Source: an uncultured Acidobacteriota bacterium
GTDB lineage: Bacteria > Acidobacteriota > Thermoanaerobaculia > Gp7-AA8
Direction of reading: 5' to 3'
Length of the DNA: 64,000 nucleotides
NCBI GenBank assembly: GCA_963741955.1
Contig: CAVUKB010000005.1
Coordinates: 1,376,001-1,440,000 of the forward strand
The notes under the pieces are model-generated. The model worked only from the letters and a program-made list of their open reading frames with translations. It did no database searches and was not told the origin of the DNA. Within the stretch, counting starts at the first letter, position 1. Every line of letters starts with the position of its first letter. The position numbers were made by a program, and so were the translations under genes. Below are positions 38,682 to 49,800 of the stretch, in pieces.

Positions 38682-39329
38682 ATGCGAAAACGCACTCTGA
38701 TCACCGTCGCGGGAGTTCTGGTCGCGTCGGCGCTCCTCATGTACGGAGGGCTGCGCCTGGCGAAACGAATGGCGTCCGCTCCCGCCCGGATCGCGCGGCA
38801 GGCGGTCGAGAAGCGGGAAAATGTCGTCGATCTCGCTTCGGTGGTCCAGCAGATCCGAGGTTTGGATCGGCTCGAGACGATTTCCCTTCGGGTGATCCAC
38901 GTCTCTCACGCCGAACAGTCGTATGGCCTGATTCCCAATGCTCTCACCGGAGACGAGATCACGTTCTTCGCAGTCGGCGACGTGATTGGTGGCGTCGATC
39001 TGTCACGTCTGACTCCTGGCGATTTGAGGCTCGACTCCGACGGTGCGGTGAGGGTCACACTCCCCCCTGCCGAGATTCTGGTCACCCGGCTCGACAACCG
39101 CCAGTCGCGGGTCCTCGACCGGAAAACCGGAGTCATGCGGAAAGCGGACTCCGGATTGGAGGGACGGATCCGGGAAGCGGCGGAGCGGTCGATCCGCGAG
39201 GACGCCATCGCGAAGGGGATTCTCCCGGGCGCCGAGAAGAATGCGCAGAAGGCGATCGCAGATCTCCTGCACAGCGTGGGATTCTCGAAGGTACGGTTCA
39301 CCGAGTCGTCCCCTCGCCGCGATCTCTGA
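38682..39329 (+). CDS. DUF4230-family protein
   Basis: N-terminal TM, VVQQIRGL.RLET, GDVIGGVDLS, VTLPPAEIL, AI..GIL..AEKNA. Confidence 0.8.
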   Translation: MRKRTLITVAGVLVASALLMYGGLRLAKRMASAPARIARQAVEKRENVVDLASVVQQIRGLDRLETISLRVIHVSHAEQSYGLIPNALTGDEITFFAVGDVIGGVDLSRLTPGDLRLDSDGAVRVTLPPAEILVTRLDNRQSRVLDRKTGVMRKADSGLEGRIREAAERSIREDAIAKGILPGAEKNAQKAIADLLHSVGFSKVRFTESSPRRDL

Positions 39330-39338
39330 GCGGACCGC

Positions 39339-40727
39339 TCAGCTCTCGTCGATGGTGGTGAGCTCGCGCGTGCCGATCTTCATGCTCTCGCCGATCGCAG
39401 CGTCCACCGGAGCGAGATCGGGGAGGTCCCTCGTGCTGGAGACGTGACCCTGAAGCTCCTTCGCTTTCGGCAGGAGACGGCTGTCGATCGAACGGATCGC
39501 TTCGTTGTACTTCTGCACCGCGCTCTCGAGACTCCGGCCCACCGATTCGATGTCCCGGAATACCTTCACGAACCGTTCGTAGAGATCGTTCCCGATCTCC
39601 AGCGCCTTCTTCGCGCTCTCTTCGGTCTGCTCGGCCTTCCACGCCGCCGATACCACCCGCAACAGCGGAACCAGAACGGTGGGCGTCGCGATGAAGACTT
39701 TCTTTTCTGCGCCGTACTCGAACAGAGACGGATCGACGATCAGAGCCGAGTAGAGGAACTGCTCGCCTCCGAGAAACAGAACCGTGAAGTCGAGCGACTC
39801 GCCGATGTTCTCGTGATACAGCCGATTGCTCAGCTGGTCGATGTGACGCCTCAGGTTCTTCGCGTGCTGCTCGAGCTGCTCCTTCTGACGCCCCTCGTCG
39901 GCTTCGGCCATGGCGCCGAGGTATGCCGTCATCGGAGCTTTCGAATCGACGGCGATGCGCCGGTCGCCGGGGAGTCTCACGATCAGATCCGGGCGGATCC
40001 GTCCGCTCTCCTTCGTGTCGAACGTCGACTGCTTGTCGAAATCGCAGTACTCGGACATCCCCGCGAGCTCCACGCATCGCTGAAGCGCCTGCTCGCCCCA
40101 CGTCCCGCTCACCTTCGGGTTCCCGAGTGCGTTCGCGACTTTCGAGGTCTCCTTCCGGGTCGCTTCGGTCGCTTCGAAGAGCTGCTTGATCTGCTGGGCG
40201 AGCGTCGCGTATCCCTGGGTGCGTTGTACCTCGCTCTCCTTCAGCTCCGTCTGATAACTCTTGAGCATTTCGCGCACCGGGAGAAGGAGCGCGTCGATCT
40301 CCCCCTTCTTCGCGTCGAGCGTGCTGACGATCTCGCCCTTGTTGCGCTCCAGATGCGGGTTGACCAGCTTCTCGATCTGCGCGACCGCCCCTTCCAGAGC
40401 TTCGCGCGAGAGCTTCGCGTACACCCCTTCGAGCTGCTGCTGCGCCTGGGTGACGAAGCCACGCAACTCCTCGATCCGCCGCGCCGCTTCCGTCTCCCGG
40501 GTCTCGGCCACCGTCCGTGACTGCTGTTCGCTGTCGAGCTTCTCGCGCAACGTACGAAGCTCCTCATCCGCGCGGGCGCGCTCCTGAACGGCCAGGTCCC
40601 GCTGCGCGGCCGAACGTTGCTGCTCGGCTCCGACGGACTGGAGACGTTTCGACGCCCGGAGCGAAGCGATGAGCCAGCCGATGATCAGGCCGGCGACGAG
40701 AGCGGAGAGAGTGGCGAGGATGAGCAT
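39339..40727 (-). CDS. rmuC: DNA recombination protein RmuC
   Basis: N-terminal TM, coiled coil, GTWGEQAL, RPDLIVRLP, VDSKAP, DFTVLF, IATPT. Confidence 0.92.
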   Translation of the reverse strand: MLILATLSALVAGLIIGWLIASLRASKRLQSVGAEQQRSAAQRDLAVQERARADEELRTLREKLDSEQQSRTVAETRETEAARRIEELRGFVTQAQQQLEGVYAKLSREALEGAVAQIEKLVNPHLERNKGEIVSTLDAKKGEIDALLLPVREMLKSYQTELKESEVQRTQGYATLAQQIKQLFEATEATRKETSKVANALGNPKVSGTWGEQALQRCVELAGMSEYCDFDKQSTFDTKESGRIRPDLIVRLPGDRRIAVDSKAPMTAYLGAMAEADEGRQKEQLEQHAKNLRRHIDQLSNRLYHENIGESLDFTVLFLGGEQFLYSALIVDPSLFEYGAEKKVFIATPTVLVPLLRVVSAAWKAEQTEESAKKALEIGNDLYERFVKVFRDIESVGRSLESAVQKYNEAIRSIDSRLLPKAKELQGHVSSTRDLPDLAPVDAAIGESMKIGTRELTTIDES

Positions 40728-40789
40728 GGACCTTCCCGGATCAGTGATCGATTCCGATCATGCGGGAATCGGAAGGAGAGGTCAACTCG

Positions 40790-41129
40790 GGACTGCGAGG
40801 CTCGAGGCTCGCAGAAGCCGAGACTCGAGACTGGAGGCTCGAGGCTCGCAGAAGCCGAGGCTGGGATCTCGAGGCTGAAGGCTCGCAGAAGCCGAGGCTG
40901 GAGTCTCGAGGGGAACCGCAGGAGAGAGAGCCGCGATCACTTCGTAAATGTTCGCGCAACTGACGATTTTTGAGAATTAAATTCTGTAGCTACTGATCTA
41001 CACGAATAATATACGTCAAAGTTGGAAAATTTGCGAATTATACTGGGACCGGAGGCGTGCCGGGTCGTCATCTCCGAGCCACGGTCTCTGCTTCCCGAGC
41101 CCCCGAGCCTCTAACCTCGAGCCTCTAAC
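40790..41129. repeat. Inverted heptamer-repeat arms flanking an AT-rich core
   Basis: Left arm GGCTCGA-type units with AGGCTCGCAGAAGCCGAG three times at 37-bp period (40805, 40842, 40879). AT-rich core about 40940-41046. Right arm CCCGAGC/CTCGAGC/CTCTAAC at 41094-41129. Confidence 0.75.
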
Positions 41130-42336
41130 TTCCCCCCCGCAGATCCTGCAACACCGCGACCACCCGCTCGATCTCGCTCACCTCGTTGTAGAAGTGCGGA
41201 GAGAATCGGAGCATCCCTTCGCGCGGTGCGCAGACGATCTTCTCGCGCTCGAGGAGAGTGTGGAACGCGAGGAGGACCGCTCCGCTCCCGCTCAGCTCCG
41301 GAGTACCTCCGCCGAGGAGCCGACGCAGACGGGAGCGATCGGTGTCGGGAGGGGAGATCGCGACGATTCCCGACCGCACCGGCCGCGGAGTGCAGACTTC
41401 GAATCCGGAATCCTCGAGGCGGTCAGCGAGCTCGCTCGCGACCGAGAGAAGCTCCATCTCGACGCGTTCGATTCCGATCTCGTGAATCAGCGAGAGCGAC
41501 GCTTCCAGCGCCATGACTCCGGTCGTGTTCAGGGCCCCGGCCTCGAAGCGCCGCCCGTCCGGCAGCAGATCCGTGGGGCAGCCGATGAACTTCCCTTTCC
41601 GCGCGAGGTTCATCCACCCCGACTCGAGTACCTCGAGTCGAGCCCGGGCCTGTTCCGCGCAATAGAAGACCGCGGCTCCCTCGGGTGCGAGCATCCACTT
41701 GTGACCGTCGGCCGCTAGAAACGAGATCCGGCACTCCCGGACGTCGATCTTCACCGCTCCGAGCGCCTGGATCGCGTCGACGCAGAGGAGGACTCCTCTC
41801 TTTTCGCAGATCTCCCCGATCGCCTTCAGATCGGGACGGAAGCCGTTGTGGAACGCGACCGCGCTCAACGCGACGATCCGGGTCCGCTCGTCGATCGCCT
41901 GCGCCACGTCGTCCGGCGAGAAAGTCCCGTTGACGGTCCGGATCTCACGGCACTCCACCCCTCGGGTCTCCAGCCGCTTCCACGGCGCGGCGTTCGAAGG
42001 GAACTCCATGTCGGTGGTGACGACGTTCTCGCCGTCGTTCCAGCGGTATCCGTTCGCCACGAACGAGAGTCCTTCGGACGTGTTCTTGAGGATCGAGATC
42101 TCGCCCGAGTCGCAGCCGAGCAGAGATGCGACGCTACGGCGGAGCCGTACGTAGGCTTCGTCCCAGTCGCGCCAGTGCAGCGCGCCCCATTCACGGCAAT
42201 CGCGCGCCTGCCGCTCGATCGCGTCGAACGTGCGCTGTGGCAGCGGTCCGACCGCGGCGTGATTGAAGTAGACGAGGTTGGAGGTGACGGGAAACTCGCG
42301 CGTTCTGAGGGCGTTCTTCTCTGCGGGTGACAGCAT
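41125..42336 (-). CDS. Class V PLP-dependent enzyme (lacks the IscS/SufS catalytic Cys loop)
   Basis: YFNHAAVGP, NTSEG, EFPSN, VDAIQALG, DGHKWMLAPEG, RFEAG, RFSPHFYN. Confidence 0.85.
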   Translation of the reverse strand: MLSPAEKNALRTREFPVTSNLVYFNHAAVGPLPQRTFDAIERQARDCREWGALHWRDWDEAYVRLRRSVASLLGCDSGEISILKNTSEGLSFVANGYRWNDGENVVTTDMEFPSNAAPWKRLETRGVECREIRTVNGTFSPDDVAQAIDERTRIVALSAVAFHNGFRPDLKAIGEICEKRGVLLCVDAIQALGAVKIDVRECRISFLAADGHKWMLAPEGAAVFYCAEQARARLEVLESGWMNLARKGKFIGCPTDLLPDGRRFEAGALNTTGVMALEASLSLIHEIGIERVEMELLSVASELADRLEDSGFEVCTPRPVRSGIVAISPPDTDRSRLRRLLGGGTPELSGSGAVLLAFHTLLEREKIVCAPREGMLRFSPHFYNEVSEIERVVAVLQDLRGGS

Positions 42337-42379
42337 CGGGTCCTCCGAGAGTCTCGTGTCGAACGCGTGCGCGTTCGGA

Positions 42380-43552
42380 TCAGTAGCGTCGCAATTGCGC
42401 GAGATAGCCTTCGAAGTTGCGGTTCATCTCGGTGAGGGAATCGCCTCCGAACTTTTCTCGCATCGCATCGGCGAGGGTGAGAGCGAGCATCGCTTCACAC
42501 ACCACGCCACAGGCCGGAACGGCGGTGACGTCGCTCCGTTCCCACTGCGAGCGATGGACATGGTGGGTTTCGACGTCCACCGACGGAAGTCCGCGGCGGG
42601 TGGTCGAGATCGGCTTCATCCAGGCACGAACCACGACGTCGCCGCCGTTCGTCACCCCTCCCTCCAGGCCTCCGGCGCGATTCGTCGCACGGTGATACCG
42701 CTGCTCTTCGTCGAACTCGATCGCGTCGTGAACCTCGGTGCCGGGAACCCTCGCCGCGGCGACTCCGTCGCCGATCGCGACCGCCTTCACCGCGTGCACC
42801 GAGAGGATGGCCTGTCCGATTCTTCCGTCGAGCTTCTCACTCCATTGAACGTAGCTTCCGAGTCCGACCGGCACTCCATGTGCGGCGAGGTAGATCACCC
42901 CGCCGAGCGTGTCGCCGTTATGACGCGCCTGATCGACCTCCTTCACCATTTCTTCTTCCGTGGAGGCCGGGAGCGCTCGAAGCGGCGACTCGTCGTTCAT
43001 GGAGAGAAGATCCTGCCAGGCCGGCGAGTATTCGGGATCTCCTGCGCTTCCCATCGCGATGACCGCAGAGCGGATCTCGATGTCGAAATAGCGGAGAAGC
43101 TGTTTCGCGAGCGCCCCTGCCGCGACGCGCGCGGCGGTCTCTCTCGCCGATGCACGTTCGAGAATGTCCCGCAGATCCTTCCGATCGTACTTCAGACCGC
43201 CGGGAAGATCGGCGTGCCCCGGACGCGGCGCGTGAAGGCGTCGCTTCGAGGTTTCGTGCTCGTCCTTCTTCCACGGGTCCATCACTCCGGACCAGTTCTC
43301 GAAGTCGTGATTTCGGATGGTGATCGAGATTGGTGAACCGAGCGTCTGACCGGCACGAACCCCGGCGGTGACCTCCGCGGCGTCGGATTCGATCTTCATC
43401 CTCCCGCCCCGGCCGTGGCCGTGCTGCCTCCGCCGCAGCTCGCGGTCGATCGCGTCGCGGTCGAGAGTCAGTCCCGCCGGCATGCCGCTGACCGTCACGG
43501 TCAGCCCCGGTCCGTGCGATTCACCCGCGGTGATGAACTCGAACCCGCTCAT
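42380..43552 (-). CDS. aroC: Chorismate synthase
   Basis: TAGESHG, RRQ..GRGGRM, PRPGHADL, ERASARETAARVAAG, GGLEGG, MKPIST, ERSDV. Confidence 0.97.
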   Translation of the reverse strand: MSGFEFITAGESHGPGLTVTVSGMPAGLTLDRDAIDRELRRRQHGHGRGGRMKIESDAAEVTAGVRAGQTLGSPISITIRNHDFENWSGVMDPWKKDEHETSKRRLHAPRPGHADLPGGLKYDRKDLRDILERASARETAARVAAGALAKQLLRYFDIEIRSAVIAMGSAGDPEYSPAWQDLLSMNDESPLRALPASTEEEMVKEVDQARHNGDTLGGVIYLAAHGVPVGLGSYVQWSEKLDGRIGQAILSVHAVKAVAIGDGVAAARVPGTEVHDAIEFDEEQRYHRATNRAGGLEGGVTNGGDVVVRAWMKPISTTRRGLPSVDVETHHVHRSQWERSDVTAVPACGVVCEAMLALTLADAMREKFGGDSLTEMNRNFEGYLAQLRRY

Positions 43553-44358
43553 GCATGTTCCACCGCGGCCACCTTCGGCATCCGTTTCGCGCGCGCGAGC
43601 ATCGCCCCTCCGACGATGACCAGAACCACACTGATCAGCTGCGCCAGAGTGAACGGCCCGAAGAAGCGATCGTCCTTCGCCCGCACGATCTCGACCAGAA
43701 ATCGCTCCGTTCCGATGAGCACGAGATACGTCGCGAAGACCATTCCCTTTCCGTGCGCCCGGCGCGAGAGCCACATCAGGATGCCGAACATCACGAGCCC
43801 CGCCGCGACTTCGTAAAGCTGCGTCGGATGCACCCGAAGGAGCGTGTCGCCCGGAAGAGTGGGATCCACCTTCACTCCGAACGAGCGGAGACCGTCTGCC
43901 GTGGTGGGAGGAAGTCCCTTCGGGAATGCGATGCCCACCCAGCTGTCGGTCGGACGCCCGTAGTCGTCACCGACCAGGAAACATCCGATCCGGCCGATCG
44001 CGTAGCCGATGGCGAGAGCGGGCGCGGTCGCGTCGGCTGCGGTGAGGTAGCTCACCTTCTTTCGCAGAACCACCCACGAAGCGGCGAGGAATCCGCCGGC
44101 CAGACCTCCGTACCAGACGAGACCGGCACGGGTGAAGAGGAGGCTCATGTCGTGGTAGAGGATCGCGTAATAGATCTTCGCGCCGAGGATCCCTCCGATC
44201 ACGGCGGCGATGAGGACGGAAGAGGCGAGCTCGTCGTCCAGCCCATAACGGCGATACTGCTTCGCCATGAGAATCCCCGCGATCAGAAACGCGAGGAACA
44301 TCATCAGCCCGAAGGTCGAGAGCTCGAAATTACCGATGCGAAATAGAGTTGGCCACAT
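43549..44358 (-). CDS. lgt: Prolipoprotein diacylglyceryl transferase
   Basis: GLVWYGG, YAIGRIGCFL.GD.YG, HPTQLYE, RFLVE.VR. Confidence 0.92.
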   Translation of the reverse strand: MWPTLFRIGNFELSTFGLMMFLAFLIAGILMAKQYRRYGLDDELASSVLIAAVIGGILGAKIYYAILYHDMSLLFTRAGLVWYGGLAGGFLAASWVVLRKKVSYLTAADATAPALAIGYAIGRIGCFLVGDDYGRPTDSWVGIAFPKGLPPTTADGLRSFGVKVDPTLPGDTLLRVHPTQLYEVAAGLVMFGILMWLSRRAHGKGMVFATYLVLIGTERFLVEIVRAKDDRFFGPFTLAQLISVVLVIVGGAMLARAKRMPKVAAVEHA

Positions 44359-44402
44359 AGTCGAAAGCAACAACCATCCCGGAGGGTCGATTCACTCCCG
44401 CA

Positions 44403-45530
44403 TCAGTCGAACGCCTGCTCCAGTTCCGCTTTCTGCTCGGAGATGAACCGGAAAATTTCCACTTTCGCGGCTGCGTCGAGGTGCTGCGAGACTTCGAAAA
44501 GCTGGATCGACAGGAGTGTGTTCAGCCCCTCGTCGAGCACCGTCTTGCGTTGCTCGAACGGAAGCTCGGAGATGTTCGCGATGAGCATGTTCTCATCGAA
44601 CCGGCCGAACTGATCGAAGAAGACCCCGACCCACAGCTCGTTCGAATCGGAGTTTTCGAGCGCGTTGGTGAAGATGTCCCGCGCCTGTTCTTCTCCCACC
44701 GCGTTCACGAGCGAGCGGAACAGCCGCTCGAACATGTCGTTGTACGTCGAGACCACCTTCAGCAGCTCCGGAGAGTCTTCGACGTCGAGAAAGACGGGAC
44801 GGGACGATCTCGCCTGCGGAACCGGTTCGATCAGGCGCGCCGAGAGGAGCTGGAAAAGGATGCGGGTCGACTCGAACTCCGTCAGATCCGAGACGCGGAT
44901 CAGACTCCGGATGTCCTTCGTCCCGTCGATCTGTTCGAACAGCCGGATTTCGTGAGCGCTCATCTCCAGATTCGCGAGCTCTTCCGCGGTGGCCGGAAGC
45001 CTGGAGAAGACGATGTCGAGGCTGGGGATCTTCTCCCGGATCCGCGCGGATTCGTCCATCCGCCGGATCCCCTCCATGATGATGCTCGAGGTCGAGGTGG
45101 AGAGCGTGATCCGCTCCTGCAGTTCTTCCTTTCCCTCGTACAGGACGAAGCTCCCCTGCTTCCACGCAAAGAGCGAATAGATGATCTCCAGAACCTGATT
45201 CTTCACGCCCCACCAGAGGTCCTTGGGAGAGATCGCTCCCATCTGGACCAGCAGCTTTCCGTGGCGCGTATCCGCGGTCAGTCTCTGGTGCGATTCCTCG
45301 TACTGCTGACGGGTGATCTTTCCGTTGCGGAGTAGAAACTGTCCCAGCGAATGCTCGGGCGAATTGGACGTCGCGAAAACGATGTCGCCCGCGTTCCAGT
45401 AGATGCAGCGCTCGAGGGTGAGCTGCCGTACCAGCATCGTCCCGTTGTGGCGGATCATGGAGACGAACGAGAGAACGTCGGGGAGCTGGATGCTTCCCAC
45501 GTCGCCTTCCAGGATGACCTTCCCTCTCAC
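44403..45530 (-). CDS. DUF4388 (PATAN-like) protein with tandem MshEN-like motifs (GTG start)
   Basis: LEGDV..IQLPDVL..IYW..GDIVFA.S, SLGQFLLRNGKIT and HGKLLVQMGAIS, LFAW.QGSF, IIMEGIRRMDE. SD GGAGG. Confidence 0.78.
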   Translation of the reverse strand: MRGKVILEGDVGSIQLPDVLSFVSMIRHNGTMLVRQLTLERCIYWNAGDIVFATSNSPEHSLGQFLLRNGKITRQQYEESHQRLTADTRHGKLLVQMGAISPKDLWWGVKNQVLEIIYSLFAWKQGSFVLYEGKEELQERITLSTSTSSIIMEGIRRMDESARIREKIPSLDIVFSRLPATAEELANLEMSAHEIRLFEQIDGTKDIRSLIRVSDLTEFESTRILFQLLSARLIEPVPQARSSRPVFLDVEDSPELLKVVSTYNDMFERLFRSLVNAVGEEQARDIFTNALENSDSNELWVGVFFDQFGRFDENMLIANISELPFEQRKTVLDEGLNTLLSIQLFEVSQHLDAAAKVEIFRFISEQKAELEQAFD

Positions 45531-45639
45531 CACCCCTCCATCCACGACGTGACCGGACCCTGGATGCCTCTTCCCCGCCGCGGGCGTGCAATCGTGCCGG
45601 GGACGATCGGGAGCTCGATGCACGACGTCGAGATCATCA

Positions 45640-46821
45640 TCAGTTCTGCGATTCCCGCAGCCGCGCCGCCGCACGCCCCGGCCCCGCAGCAAGTTCTCCT
45701 CGGTTTTTCGAAACGGCCTCCGACAGAAGCTCGACGAGCCGGTCGATCTCCGCGATCGTCGTGAAACGGCTGAGAGAGACCCGGATGGTACTCCGCGCAT
45801 CATCACCCGAAACCCCCATGGCAAGCAATACATGACTCGGTTCGAGTCGACCCGATGAACATGCGGATCCGGTCGAGACGGCGACACCCGCGAGATCGAG
45901 TGCGATCACGATCGCCTCACCATCACAGCCCCGAAGCTCCACACTGCTCGTGTTCCCCACCCGTGGGACCGTGGCGCCATGGATCGACACGTCGGGAACG
46001 CGTTCGGCCAGCCTCTGCTCGAATCGGTCGCGCAGCTCCGCCACCCGTTTCACCGGCGCAAGGTCGGCCGCCAGAACCGCAGCGGCTCCGAACCCGGCGG
46101 CCAGCGGAACACTCTCGGTGCCGGCCCGTCGCCGCCGCTCCTGCGCTCCGCCGGAGAGAAGAGGCTTGAGGACGCAACCGCTGCGGACGAAAAGAGCACC
46201 GATCCCTTTCGGCCCGTGAATCTTGTGCGCAGTCACGGTCAGAGTCGTTGCGCCGATCGCTTCGACGTCGAGGGGGAATCTTCCCGCGCCCTGCACCGCA
46301 TCACAGTGGAAGTGAATCCCCCGGCTGCGGCAGATCTCACCGACCACGGCGACCGGCTGCAGCACCCCCGTTTCATTGTTCGCCAGCATCAGTGCAACCA
46401 GCCCCGTGTCGTCGCGCAGAGCCTCCGCGATCGCTTCCGCGGGAACGACTCCGCGGGAATCGCAATCGACCACGGTCAGAGGATGCCCGTTCCGCTCGAG
46501 TCTGCGGCATGCTTCCAGCACGGACGGGTGCTCGATGGAACTTGTAACAACATGGCAACGCCCGGACCGTGTCATTGCCGCACCGAAGATGGCAGCATTG
46601 TTGGACTCGGTGCCACCGCTCGTGAAGACCACCTCCCGAGGAGTCGCGTGGAGCAGCGCGGAAACTTCCTCCCGGGCCTTCTCGATCACCCGGCGGGCCG
46701 ACTGACCATCCTGGTGGATGCTGGAGGCATTACCGAAGGTCACTCGAAAATGGTGATTCAGCACATCCAGAACCTCAGGATGGATCGCAGTCGTTGCGTT
46801 GTTGTCGAGATAGATCCGCAT
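45640..46821 (-). CDS. iscS: Cysteine desulfurase, IscS/NifS type
   Basis: IYLDNNATT, FTSGGTESNN, NNETG, HCDAVQ, AHKIHGPKG, STGSACSSG. Confidence 0.9.
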   Translation of the reverse strand: MRIYLDNNATTAIHPEVLDVLNHHFRVTFGNASSIHQDGQSARRVIEKAREEVSALLHATPREVVFTSGGTESNNAAIFGAAMTRSGRCHVVTSSIEHPSVLEACRRLERNGHPLTVVDCDSRGVVPAEAIAEALRDDTGLVALMLANNETGVLQPVAVVGEICRSRGIHFHCDAVQGAGRFPLDVEAIGATTLTVTAHKIHGPKGIGALFVRSGCVLKPLLSGGAQERRRRAGTESVPLAAGFGAAAVLAADLAPVKRVAELRDRFEQRLAERVPDVSIHGATVPRVGNTSSVELRGCDGEAIVIALDLAGVAVSTGSACSSGRLEPSHVLLAMGVSGDDARSTIRVSLSRFTTIAEIDRLVELLSEAVSKNRGELAAGPGRAAARLRESQN

Positions 46822-46863
46822 GGTTCACGGCTCCTTCAGGGCCAGAGCGCGAGGTGTCCATCG

Positions 46864-49800
46864 ATGATTCGCAGGTTCGCCATCATTCTTCTCACCGCAC
46901 TCGCGGCGTTCAACGTCGACGCGAGAACGAACGTTCCAGCCTCCGCTCAGGAGGCGCCACCGAGTCAGGGAACGGTCAAACTCTCGAAACCTGCCCAGCC
47001 CGTGCTCCCGACGCTCTCCCGCGCCGAACGGAAACGCTTTCGCGAGAAGCTCGACCCGAAATACCGGACCTTCCTCGACACCGTCGATCCGATCATCGTC
47101 CCTCAGGAGCTCGATCTCTTCCTCTCTCTCCATACCGACGCGCACCGCGACGCGTTCATCGATTCGTTCTGGAGCCGCCGCGATCCGCAGGGAGCGCATC
47201 CCGGGACCTACCGTGAAGACTACCTCGCACGACGCGACGAGGCCAAAGCGAAATTCGAGCGGCTCGACTCGGATCGCGCACGAGTCTACCTTCTCCAGGG
47301 ACGTCCGGCCGAACAACACGACATCGACTGCCCCCGCTATCTGCAACCGATCCAGCTGTGGCGGTATCAGTCCCTCCCCGGTGCCGGCCGCACGTCGTGG
47401 CTCGTCTTCTACCAGCCGCGGAGCGGCGTCGAGTACCGCCTCTGGAGCTCGATTCCCCAGCGGGGAAACGACGCCCTCAATGAGCTTCTTTCACAGGAAG
47501 CGATCGTCGACGGTGAGACCGTGGCGAGCATCTTCACACCCCAGTCGGCACAGCCATTCGGCGGGATCGGCGGCAGCGTCGCGGGCTCGTCCGCTCCGCG
47601 GAAACTCGACACCTGCTCCGGCGCCGATCTCCTGCTGAGCGTCGCGCTGAACCAGACTTCGATGCCTTCAGGGCTCGCCGCCGCGGCGATGCGGCAGCCG
47701 AAGGTCGAGGAGGAAGCGCTCCGGCAGTTCGCGTCCACACTGGTCGGACCCGCTGCCGAGGATGGCCATGAAACCGCAAAGGAGACCACGAAGAAGGCCG
47801 CGGCCCTGAAGGCGGACCCCACTCAGAACCCTGGCGTTCGCAAGCTGTCGCGGCGTGAGCGCAAAGACCGGATCGCGGCTCTCGGCGAGAAGTACCGGCA
47901 GTTCCTTCTCGACGTCGAGCCGATCATGCAACCGGTGGAGCTGAACACCTTCCTTCTTCTCGAATCGGATGCGCAGCGGGATCTCTACATCGACGACTTC
48001 TGGCGACGACGCGACGTCTACACCCACTCGGCGGACAGCGACTACCGCCGCGATTACTACGAACGCCTCGAAGAGGCGAAGTCGATGTTCAAGTACATCT
48101 CCTCCGATCGATCGAAGATGTATCTCATCCACGGGCGACCGGACGACGTCCTCCGCTCCGACTGCCGCGAGTACCTCCAGCCCATCGAGATCTGGCACTA
48201 CGGCTTCATCCCGGGTCAGGGTCACGACATCGTGCTCCTCTTCTACCAGCCCCGGATGGGAAACGAGTACCGGCTCTGGATCCCGATGGGCGACATGCAG
48301 GACGAGCTCGGAGATCTCCTCTCCAGCGAGATCGCCGGCTCGATGGGGGTTCAACGCGGCGTGCAGTTCGTCTTCTACGACAGCGCGGGCGGCGGCGGCT
48401 CTCAGGTCAGCAAGATCTACTTCAGCTGCAAATACGGCCAACAGATTCTCGATGCGATCTTCAAGAGCCAGCAGAACCGCCTGGAGATGGGGAAGCTCTG
48501 GGACGCTCCGAAGGTCAATGAAGAGGATGTGAACCGGATCCTCAAGGCGACCGTTCTGTCGGACCCGAACGCTCCGAAGTTCCCGGCAGAGCTTTCCGCC
48601 ACCTATCCCGGCAAACGAGGTGCTCGGACCGCGACCCAGCTGACCGCGCTCGTCGACCGTGACGAGCTCCTCACCAAGGACATCAACGGTGCGAAGTTCT
48701 ACGACATCGACGTGACCGGCGAGATCATCCGCGACGGCCGGATGTACGAGAACTTCCGCTACCGCTTCGACTACCCCGCCGAGACCGCCTCACAGAAGAT
48801 ACCGGTCGTCGTCGACCGCTTCATCCGCCCCGGAAATTACAAGGCCAGATTGAAGATCGTCGACGCGAATTCCGGCGCGGAAGCGATCGTGGAGAAGGAT
48901 CTCGAAGTCCCTTACATCCAGGACTCTCCTCAAAAGGAAGCAGCCGCGCAGGAGGGAAGCGACACCGTCAACCGTCTTCAGAAGGAGTTCTGGACCGGAG
49001 AGTCGCGCCTCCGCATCGTTCCTCTGCCCGACGAGCTGGTGACCGGTCTTCAGAAAATCGACACGATCGTCTCCGGCGACAAGATCACCAGCGTCGATTT
49101 CTATGTCGACGGCAGGAAGATCATGTCCAAGCGCACTCCCCCCTTCTCACTGGAGCTCAATCTGGGCGATGTCCCCAGGATTCGGACCGTGCGTGCGGTG
49201 GGACTGAACGACAAGGGCACCCCTCTCGCCGCCGACCAGCTCACGATCAACGAAGGTCGTGACCCGTTCCGGGTGAAGATCGTTTCGCCGCAGGTCGCGG
49301 TCAAGGCCGCCGGCGCCCTCAAAGTCGAGCTCGAATGCAAGATCCCCCAGGGAAAGAAACTCAAATCACTCGAGCTCTATCTCAACGAGACGAAGGTCGG
49401 GACCTTGTACTCGCCCCCCTTCATCACCAGCGTGAACGTGCCGCCGGATCTCGGCGTAGGGTACCTCCGCGCAGTCGCCACGCTGCAGGACTCGAGCTAC
49501 AACCCGGTCGAAGACGTCGTCTTCATCAATACCCCGGAGTTCATGCAGCAGATCGACGTTCACCTGGTCGAGCTCCCGACCTCCGTCCTGGAAGGGAACG
49601 AGCCGGTCTTGAATCTGAAGGAATCGGATTTCAAGGTTTTCGATGGCGGAAAACAGACCAAGATCGCCCGCTTCGACTACGTCAAGGATCTCCCTCTCTC
49701 GATCGGTCTCGCGGTCGACAGCTCCGGCTCCATGCTTCCGCGGATGGACGAAGCGCAGAAAGCCGGCGCCGAGTTCTTCCAGCGCGTGCTGCGACCGGGC

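Noticed and set aside
40805-40896. Mini-CRISPR (18-bp repeat three times at 37-bp period)
   Set aside because: Repeat and spacers are too short and the spacers are heptamer variants of the repeat itself.
40993-41020. dif site in the AT-rich core
   Set aside because: ATACGTCAAAG partly resembles a XerD arm, but there is no XerC arm at the required 6-bp spacing.
41125-46821. Fe-S or thio-modification cluster from two class V PLP enzymes
   Set aside because: Only one has the catalytic Cys loop and no scaffold or sulfur-carrier genes are adjacent.
45979-46863. N-terminal extension of the GWxTD/VWA ORF
   Set aside because: Antisense to iscS. The signal peptide begins at 46864.
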